NCBI GenBank assembly: GCA_964414695.1
Contig: CAYPXK010000070.1
Location: 1-31,833, forward strand
From: an uncultured Thermoproteaceae archaeon
GTDB lineage: Archaea; Thermoproteota; Thermoprotei; Thermoproteales; Thermocladiaceae
Direction: 5' to 3'
Length of the DNA: 31,833 nt
The translations under genes and the position numbers were made by a program. This document shows, piece by piece, positions 25,704 to 31,833 of the stretch. Numbering within the stretch: position 1 is the first letter of the stretch; every line of letters begins with the position of its first letter. The notes under the pieces are model-generated. The model ran no database searches and was not told the origin of the DNA. It saw nothing but the letters and a program-made list of their open reading frames with translations.

Positions 25704-27491
25704 GTGCCAATCCCAACAGGCATATTCATACTGCTCGCCGTCCTGATATACGTAGTATCATACTTGACACATGGCAAGTATCTAGAAAAGAAGATAGTCG
25801 AGGCAAATCCAAGTAAGGTAACTCCAGCACTGCGATTCTACGATGGTGTTGACTATACACCAACATCGAAGTTCATCCTGTATGGTCACCACTTCGCGAG
25901 TATTGCAGGTGCAGGACCAATAGTTGGCCCTGCCATAGCGCTGGCATGGGGATGGTTGCCAACGCTGCTCTGGATATGGTTTGGAAACGTCTTCATCGGC
26001 GTCGTACATGACTACCTGTCGCTTATGGCATCTGTACGACATGAAGGAAGAAGCATAAGCTGGATAGCAGGTCAGCTACTTGGCAAGCGTGCCTCATACA
26101 TATTCAATCTCTACGTCTGGTTCGCACTAATACTTGTAATAGCTGCATTCATCGCTGTCACATCCGCATTCTTCACAGGTGTCCCAGGAAGTGGACTAGC
26201 TGCAATAGTGCTGATTGGCATGGCTGTCCTCGTTGGACTAGTAATGTACAGAACTAGGCTAGGTGTGACAGGTGGAACACTGCTAGCTATCGCATCAGTA
26301 ATCATATCAGTCGCAGTGGGCTACATGTTTGGAGATGCCTTCGGTCACGCAATGGCTAGCCTAGCTGCCATGCTTGGAATATCTACACGTCAGCTATGGA
26401 TGCTCATCCTGGCGATATACTGTGTAATTGCAGCTAGCCTACCTGTATGGCTACTGCTTCAGCCACGTGACTTCACAAATGTGCTCATACTGTGGGCCAG
26501 CCTAATCATCGGCGGCGCAGCTGCAGTCATTGCATGGCACCCTGCGGAGATTCCTGCAATAACGAGTTTTGCGCCCAGGATAATACATGGCGTACCTACG
26601 CCCTTCTGGCCATGTATACCGCTGATCGTGGCATGTGGAGCACTTTCAGGCTTTCATAGCCTAGTAGCTTCAGGAACAACGTCGAAACAGCTTGCGAACG
26701 AGCTTGATGCACTGTTAGTGGCATATGGTGGAATGCTGAGCGAGGGCTTTCTGGCAACAATGGTAGTTGCAACGATGGCAGCCTTTGTGCCAGCTGCGAT
26801 GCTCATGATTGCATCACCTAGTATCAAGACAGTAATCACGTCAATGCTTCACAACCCAGGACTGTTTGGAGACAAGTACGCGTACTTCCTGAAGACGTTG
26901 GGCAAGTGGAAGCTCATACCACTGTCATATGCACTGACTGTACATCAGGCATTCGGTCTCGACATTAAGGCTATGACAATATTCGCAACAATCTGGATCA
27001 CAGGCTTTGCCCTGACCTCGCTTGACACAGCTGCAAGACTGGCAAGATTCTCATGGCATGAGCTCATGATGGGAATACGCTCAACATCCATCAAGAAGGC
27101 ACTAACAAACAAGTGGTTTGCCTCAGTACTCGCAGTTCTACTGGGCCTACTGCTTGCATGGAACGGATCGTTCCTGATACTGTGGCCAAGCTTCTCAGGA
27201 ATGAACCAGCTTCTCGCAAGCCTAGCACTTATGGTAATATCAGCGTGGATCTACAGAATCTGCAGAGGAACAGCCTCCAGACTACTCGTAATCGTGCCTG
27301 CACTATTCCTATGGATAACCGTGACATGTGCACTAGTATGGTATGAGATGACTGTCGTCCCATCCCTGATGGCTGGAGGAGGCATGGGAATGCTCACAGG
27401 TGCAATAGTCGGCACTATACTTGGAATATCCTTAGCACTGAACATAGTACTCATGTGCCTATTTATTAGAAGTAGAAAGACGCAACAGTAA
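25704..27491 (+). CDS. cstA: carbon starvation protein CstA family transporter
   Basis: YGHHFASIAGAGPIVGPAIALAWGWLPTLLWIWFGNVFIGVVHDY is the CstA N-terminal signature. The protein is polytopic and hydrophobic throughout. GTG start. Confidence 0.9.
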   Translation: MPIPTGIFILLAVLIYVVSYLTHGKYLEKKIVEANPSKVTPALRFYDGVDYTPTSKFILYGHHFASIAGAGPIVGPAIALAWGWLPTLLWIWFGNVFIGVVHDYLSLMASVRHEGRSISWIAGQLLGKRASYIFNLYVWFALILVIAAFIAVTSAFFTGVPGSGLAAIVLIGMAVLVGLVMYRTRLGVTGGTLLAIASVIISVAVGYMFGDAFGHAMASLAAMLGISTRQLWMLILAIYCVIAASLPVWLLLQPRDFTNVLILWASLIIGGAAAVIAWHPAEIPAITSFAPRIIHGVPTPFWPCIPLIVACGALSGFHSLVASGTTSKQLANELDALLVAYGGMLSEGFLATMVVATMAAFVPAAMLMIASPSIKTVITSMLHNPGLFGDKYAYFLKTLGKWKLIPLSYALTVHQAFGLDIKAMTIFATIWITGFALTSLDTAARLARFSWHELMMGIRSTSIKKALTNKWFASVLAVLLGLLLAWNGSFLILWPSFSGMNQLLASLALMVISAWIYRICRGTASRLLVIVPALFLWITVTCALVWYEMTVVPSLMAGGGMGMLTGAIVGTILGISLALNIVLMCLFIRSRKTQQ

Positions 27492-27501
27492 AAACACTGC
27501 C

Positions 27502-27780
27502 ATGAACATAAAGAAAATTCTTAAAAACATATTTACAGGACTCAAAGAATATCTAGATGAAATTGCTTATGAGCGCGTTGAATCAGAGCTACGTGAGAAG
27601 GAGCTAATATTTACGATTCTTGTACTTGGTCCACTCATTGGTCTGCCTATACCGCTGCCTATTACACTGTCGCTTAAACTGCTTCCATATATGCTTCAGG
27701 AAGTGCAACATGCACAGAGAAAATCTATGCTTCTCGACGATCCGACAAGTCTAATCGGTGCCCTATTAGATATTGTGTAG
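27502..27780 (+). CDS. hypothetical small protein (92 aa) with one Pro/Leu-rich hydrophobic segment
   Basis: The ORF starts 10 nt after the cstA stop. The hydrophobic segment is LIFTILVLGPLIGLPIPLPITLSL. No family recognised. Confidence 0.45.
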   Translation: MNIKKILKNIFTGLKEYLDEIAYERVESELREKELIFTILVLGPLIGLPIPLPITLSLKLLPYMLQEVQHAQRKSMLLDDPTSLIGALLDIV

Positions 27781-27789
27781 GTGCCATAG

Positions 27790-28143
27790 GTGGTCAAGGT
27801 GATTATAGAAGATGATAAGGTAGTGCTAGAACTTTCTCTTAAGGAAAGAATACTTGCTGTAACTCGACGAAGGAAAATTATATTGAACTTAAAAGATATT
27901 CGAGAGATATTGCCTGCAAATTCCATAAACATACTGTACAAGATACTTGGACTCTCCATGCCTGGAACAAAGGCTAGATACGGCTTCTTCATGACTGACA
28001 GGGGGCTTGCCCTATGCATAGCACATGACATATCGTCAGCCGTAGCCTTCATTGTCAACAATCAGGACTTCGACCTAATCGTCACGAACATTGATGAACT
28101 TACATTACAGGAAATCGTCAGTAAAGTTGGAGAAACTCAATGA
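27790..28143 (+). CDS. hypothetical beta-rich protein (117 aa), possibly a PH-like fold
   Basis: GTG start 9 nt after the previous stop. Its alternating beta-strand pattern and GLSMPGTKARYGFFMTDRG resemble bacterial PH-like domains. This is a weak call. Confidence 0.45.
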   Translation: MVKVIIEDDKVVLELSLKERILAVTRRRKIILNLKDIREILPANSINILYKILGLSMPGTKARYGFFMTDRGLALCIAHDISSAVAFIVNNQDFDLIVTNIDELTLQEIVSKVGETQ

Positions 28144-28184
28144 TGACATGTTTTTAATACTGCTATGCTTCTCATAGGTTGCTA

Positions 28185-29420
28185 ATGTCAGAGGAGAAGA
28201 TTGTGTATCCTGACACTATACTCACAACGCTAGGTCACGTAGATCATGGAAAGACAACCCTTGTACAGGCTCTTAGTGGTGTATGGGTAGCCAGGCACAG
28301 TGAGGAGATTAAGAGAGCCATGACAATAAAGCTTGGATACGTCACCATTGGAGTATACGAGTGTCCATCAGGCGAGTTCAGATACGTGACTGACGGTCTT
28401 CTACAGGACGGAAAGTGCCCCGATGGGTCTGAGCCAAAGCTCATTAGAAAGATCTCGATACTTGACGTCCCTGGACATGAGGTCCTGCTATCAACAATGA
28501 TTGCAGGTGTAGGCTTCGTCGATGGTGCACTGATGATAATTGACGCCTCCATGCCATGTCCACAGCCACAGACTGAGGAACACTTCCTGGCTGCCACAAT
28601 TATGGGAATAAGAAAGATGATTGTTATACAGAACAAGATAGACCTTGTCCCAAAGGAGAAGGCGCTCGAGAACTATCAGCAGATTAAGAAGTTCCTCAAG
28701 GGAACATGGGCAGAGAACTCTCCAATAATTCCCGCATCTGCATTACACAAGGTCAACATTGACGCTATTGCAACGCTGATGCATGAGTACTTCCCAAAGA
28801 AGACAGAGTTTGCACATGGTCCACCTCTGATGCATGTTTTACGAAGTTTCAACGTTAATAAACCAGGTACTCCACCGGAGAACCTAGTCGGAGGAGTACT
28901 AGGAGGAGTACTCGTTCGAGGAGAAATCAGGGTTGGAGACGAAATTGAGATAAGACCAGGACTGAAGGTCGGTGCAAAGCACGTTCCACTGAGATCCATC
29001 GTAGTATCAATATCGATAGGCAAGGAGTTCGTCGACTATGCAAGACCTGGCGCACTTGTTGGAATTGGAACAAAGCTAGACCCGGCATTAACCAAGGCGG
29101 ACGCACTTGTTGGAAGCGTAGTCGGCTATCCTAACCAGCTTCCACCTGTGTGGTCAGAGATTGAGCTAGACTATCAGCAGATAAGGAAAGACAAGCAGTA
29201 CCAGATAAAGAAGGGGGACGTCCTGATGGTTAACGCAGGCGCAGCAACAGTTCTTGGACTAGTGAAGGATGTCAGAAAGGACGGCAGGATAGTAGTCACG
29301 CTACGAAAAGCAATATGTGCAGAGCAGGGATCCAAGGTTGTGCTAACTAAGCAGGTAGAAAACAGATGGAGAATCGTCGGATATGGAACAATACAGGGAG
29401 GAACAGTTGTCTACGAGTAA
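28185..29420 (+). CDS. eif2g: translation initiation factor aIF2 gamma subunit
   Basis: Motifs are GHVDHGKTTLVQALSG (G1), DVPGHE (G3) and QNKIDL (G4), followed by domains II and III. I prefer the ATG at 28185 (MSEEK) over the TTG at 28179. Confidence 0.95.
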   Translation: MSEEKIVYPDTILTTLGHVDHGKTTLVQALSGVWVARHSEEIKRAMTIKLGYVTIGVYECPSGEFRYVTDGLLQDGKCPDGSEPKLIRKISILDVPGHEVLLSTMIAGVGFVDGALMIIDASMPCPQPQTEEHFLAATIMGIRKMIVIQNKIDLVPKEKALENYQQIKKFLKGTWAENSPIIPASALHKVNIDAIATLMHEYFPKKTEFAHGPPLMHVLRSFNVNKPGTPPENLVGGVLGGVLVRGEIRVGDEIEIRPGLKVGAKHVPLRSIVVSISIGKEFVDYARPGALVGIGTKLDPALTKADALVGSVVGYPNQLPPVWSEIELDYQQIRKDKQYQIKKGDVLMVNAGAATVLGLVKDVRKDGRIVVTLRKAICAEQGSKVVLTKQVENRWRIVGYGTIQGGTVVYE

Positions 29421-29817
29421 GATACCGCTAGTCGTATATGACACAAGCTCTCTAATAGCGATATTTAAAGAGAAGATTGACACACTTACACAGGTCAGGT
29501 ATCTCGTAGGTCCGCATGTCCCAGTAGTGCCTATACCTGTCTTGAAAGAGTTAGAAATTTTATCAAAATCCAAGGATAGAAAGACCGCACTTGCAGCTAA
29601 GCTATGTATTCAACATATAATAAATAAATTGTCAATAGCTCGCATATGCACAGATCTGAGAGCTGATGATGCTGTGCTCTGTTGTGCAGACTTTCTAAGA
29701 AAAAACTATAAAGTATTTGTAGTAACCTGTGATTTAGAGCTTAGGAAAAGATTAATTGAACATGGTATAGACGTAGTATATCTTCGTCAAGGTAGATTCT
29801 TTACGCTTGAGCAGTAA
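29383..29817 (+). CDS. PIN-domain protein, Fcf1/Utp24-like (COG1412-type)
   Basis: VVYDTSSLIAIF contains the first PIN acidic residue, and ADDAVLCCA and VVTCDLELRKRL follow. It occupies the conserved archaeal position between aIF2-gamma and rpoE. The ATG start overlaps eif2g by 38 nt; the alternative is TTG at 29407. Confidence 0.75.
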   Translation: MEQYREEQLSTSKIPLVVYDTSSLIAIFKEKIDTLTQVRYLVGPHVPVVPIPVLKELEILSKSKDRKTALAAKLCIQHIINKLSIARICTDLRADDAVLCCADFLRKNYKVFVVTCDLELRKRLIEHGIDVVYLRQGRFFTLEQ

Positions 29818-29827
29818 GTTTTTAAAC
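29818..29827 (+). promoter_or_regulatory. TATA box of rpoE
   Basis: gtttttaaac is centred about 37 nt upstream of the TTG start at 29860. Confidence 0.4.
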
Positions 29828-29859
29828 AGGTATTATGTTGACGTGAATGGCTGATACTC

Positions 29860-30447
29860 TTGTGGCGTGTTCTTACTGTTGAAGATTACGTCAGGATACC
29901 ACCTTCAAGGTTTGGTGAGCCTCTAGAGAAGGTCGCTTATGAGCAGCTACGCGAGCAGTATGAGGGTAAGATTGAGCGTGACATAGGTGTGTTTGTGAAG
30001 ATCCTGTCACTTGAGGTCAGTAAGAAGGGAATCATAACGTTCGGAGATGGAGCAACATATCACAAAGTCAGGCTAAAAGTCCTAGTGTTCACACCACTAA
30101 ATAATGAGGTTCTTGAAGGCGATGTTGTTGAGACAACAGAGTATGGTGCATTCATCAGGATTGGACCTGTTAGAGGCCTTCTACATAAGACACAGATGAT
30201 GAATGACAACATAATTCACTATGACAAAATGAGCGGTACCTTCATTGGCGAGAAGACTAAGAGAAGACTAAGCAAGGGAGACGTTGTCAGAGTCAGGATA
30301 GTCAGCGTCAGCTATGCACTGACGGCACGTGGGTTAACTCTCAGAATTGGACTGACGGCAAGACAGCCATTCTTAGGAAAGCCTGAGTGGATTGAGGAAG
30401 ACATACAGGCACTTAAGAAGAAGGCACCTGCAAAGCCTGGCAAGTAA
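29860..30447 (+). CDS. rpoE: DNA-directed RNA polymerase subunit E (Rpb7 homologue, with S1 domain)
   Basis: The N-terminus is VEDYVRIPPSRFGEPL. The S1 domain contains EGDVVETTEYGAFIRIGPVRGLLHKTQM. Confidence 0.9.
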   Translation: MWRVLTVEDYVRIPPSRFGEPLEKVAYEQLREQYEGKIERDIGVFVKILSLEVSKKGIITFGDGATYHKVRLKVLVFTPLNNEVLEGDVVETTEYGAFIRIGPVRGLLHKTQMMNDNIIHYDKMSGTFIGEKTKRRLSKGDVVRVRIVSVSYALTARGLTLRIGLTARQPFLGKPEWIEEDIQALKKKAPAKPGK

Positions 30448-30458
30448 GTTAAATATTT
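30448..30458 (+). promoter_or_regulatory. TATA box of spt4
   Basis: gttaaatattt is centred about 35 nt upstream of the ATG at 30488. Confidence 0.4.
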
Positions 30459-30487
30459 CAACATGCCCATATAGGTAGGGTAGGCCC

Positions 30488-30724
30488 ATGTCAACGACCA
30501 CTGGCAGAAGAAGGGCAAGGAAGCGTGCACTGCCAGGATACAAGGCATGTAGAAACTGCAAGGCTATTGTTCCTGAAAACGAGGTCACATGCCCCGTATG
30601 TGGTGGTAAGGAGTTCTCAGACGAGTGGTATGGACTGATCATAGTGATCGACCCCGAGAAGTCCTGTTTCGCAAAGATGCTTGGAATTAATAGAAAGGGA
30701 ATGTTTGCAATCGATGTCCCATAA
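30488..30724 (+). CDS. spt4: transcription elongation factor Spt4 (RpoE'')
   Basis: The zinc ribbon is CRNCKAIVPENEVTCPVCGG, followed by FSDEWYGLIIVIDPEKS. There is a basic N-terminal extension. Confidence 0.85.
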   Translation: MSTTTGRRRARKRALPGYKACRNCKAIVPENEVTCPVCGGKEFSDEWYGLIIVIDPEKSCFAKMLGINRKGMFAIDVP

Positions 30725-30732
30725 AGTGAACA

Positions 30733-30744
30733 AAGTTTAAATAC
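30733..30744 (+). promoter_or_regulatory. TATA box of rps24e
   Basis: aagtttaaatac is centred about 32-34 nt upstream of the ATG at 30772. Confidence 0.4.
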
Positions 30745-30771
30745 TGCGCTGAGGTCACATAAGTCGCTACC

Positions 30772-31176
30772 ATGAGCATACCTGAGAACTTAGTAAAGGT
30801 ACTTCCTGAGGGAGTTGAGCCAGGTAAGATAATTTACAAAATTGCCGAGGACAGGAAGAATCCACTTCTGCGCAGAAGAGAGCTCATAGTCGAAATATGG
30901 CACATTGGCTTACCAACGCCTCCAAGACTTGAGGTAAGACAGAAGATTGCTGAGATGCTTGGCGTTGAGGTTGATAGAGTGTTTGTCCGCCACATATATA
31001 CAGAGTTTGGATGGGGTAAGAGCAAGGTCGAGGTCCACGTATACGATGACCCTGCCTTTGGAAAGCTGATAGAACCACTGTACATACAGCTCAGAAACAT
31101 GCCGAAGGAAGAGGCAGACAAAATTAGAGAGGAAATTAGGCAGAAAAAGGCTCAGAAAAAGAAGAAAAAGAAGTAA
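30772..31176 (+). CDS. rps24e: 30S ribosomal protein S24e (with a poly-Lys tail)
   Basis: NPLLRRRELIVEIWHIGLPTPPRLEVRQKIAEMLGV and FGWGKSKVEVHVYDD match S24e. The protein ends in KKAQKKKKKK. Confidence 0.9.
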   Translation: MSIPENLVKVLPEGVEPGKIIYKIAEDRKNPLLRRRELIVEIWHIGLPTPPRLEVRQKIAEMLGVEVDRVFVRHIYTEFGWGKSKVEVHVYDDPAFGKLIEPLYIQLRNMPKEEADKIREEIRQKKAQKKKKKK

Positions 31177-31215
31177 GCTTAGTCCTCCCCTGTTTCTGTC
31201 CCTTATCTTCTGTAG

Positions 31216-31833
31216 ATGTCTCGTGCTTGCTGTATCCTCCTAGTCAGTGGTGGACTTGACTCAGCTACACTTCTCTGGAAAGCAAAACAGGAATTGAAAG
31301 CTGACCTGTACGCACTCACCTTCACATATGGTCAAAAGCATGTTCGTGAGATAGAGTGTGCTAGGAAACTTGTTGAGAAGGCTGGCGTTAAGGAGCACAG
31401 GATAGTTGACATATCCTGTCTAAAATGGGCCATATACGCGTCAAGACTTGTTGTTGATGGTGTTGAGGTAGCGTTAACTAAGGTCAGCAGAGACTATGTC
31501 CCGCAGAGGAATCTGCTGTTTCTAAGTATTGCTGCTGCATGGCTTGAATCTCTTCTCTTGGAGAAGGGGTACGATGAGGGCATAATAGGCATAGCCGTGC
31601 ATAGGTACGATGCTGAGCTTGGCTATCCTGACACTAGACTCAGCTTCATACAGGCCGTTCAGCATGCAGTAATTGAGGGAAGCGCAGCTGTCGTTGAGCG
31701 CAATGTCAAGATCTGGATATGGGCTCCATTTGTGAATTTAACAAAGGCAGACATAGTCAAAGAAGGCGTTAGGCTCGGCGTTCCCTACGAGCTCACCTGG
31801 AGCTGCTATCAGGGCAGGGAAAGGCCCTGTGGG
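31216..31833 (+). CDS. queC: 7-cyano-7-deazaguanine synthase (partial; runs off the right edge; not in the ORF track)
   Basis: My translation is MSRACCILLVSGGLDSATLL (PP-loop SGGxDS), TFTYGQKH, YVPQRNLLFLSIAA and PYELTWSCYQGRERPCG. The last begins the C-terminal Zn-Cys cluster. Confidence 0.85.
   Translation, partial: MSRACCILLVSGGLDSATLLWKAKQELKADLYALTFTYGQKHVREIECARKLVEKAGVKEHRIVDISCLKWAIYASRLVVDGVEVALTKVSRDYVPQRNLLFLSIAAAWLESLLLEKGYDEGIIGIAVHRYDAELGYPDTRLSFIQAVQHAVIEGSAAVVERNVKIWIWAPFVNLTKADIVKEGVRLGVPYELTWSCYQGRERPCG

Overview
Gene-dense chromosomal segment of about 36 protein-coding genes. By eye I found no rRNA, tRNA, CRISPR array or IS/transposase. The source looks like an AT-rich crenarchaeon, most likely of the Thermoproteales (Caldivirga/Vulcanisaeta/Pyrobaculum-like). 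That is an inference from gene content: a crenactin/arcadin cluster, Alba, thermosome, Ard1, split MetE, and TATA boxes about 32-37 nt upstream of start codons.

Gene order, left to right:
- 1-5.8 kb: partial radical-SAM gene, two divergent paralogous mini membrane proteins, pyrF, a degenerate HDAC-fold protein with a poly-Glu insert, and a Hel308/Hjm helicase.
- 6.0-10.4 kb: GT4 glycosyltransferase, MBL/RNase Z-like protein, Nre-like protein, Sua5.
- 10.4-11.6 kb: creatininase-family gene and a NifX-like gene, divergently arranged.
- 11.7-16.0 kb (minus strand): split MetE pair, radical-SAM/SPASM enzyme, orphan 244-aa protein.
- 16.1-20.4 kb: Ard1, signal peptidase, thermosome, RpoK, orphan 126-aa protein, Alba.
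- 20.4-25.6 kb: five-gene crenactin 'arcade' cluster. It contains a 59-codon ORF that is absent from the supplied ORF track and a Rad50-like ATPase with a zinc hook.
- 25.7-31.8 kb: CstA plus two small ORFs, then aIF2-gamma, PIN(Fcf1-like), RpoE, Spt4, S24e and partial QueC.

The best candidates for poorly understood biology are:
- the arcade cytoskeletal cluster;
- the HDAC-fold pseudoenzyme;
- the radical-SAM/SPASM enzyme with its orphan neighbour;
- the paired MC[AT]PV mini-proteins.

All homology statements rest on motif recognition by eye. No database search was run.
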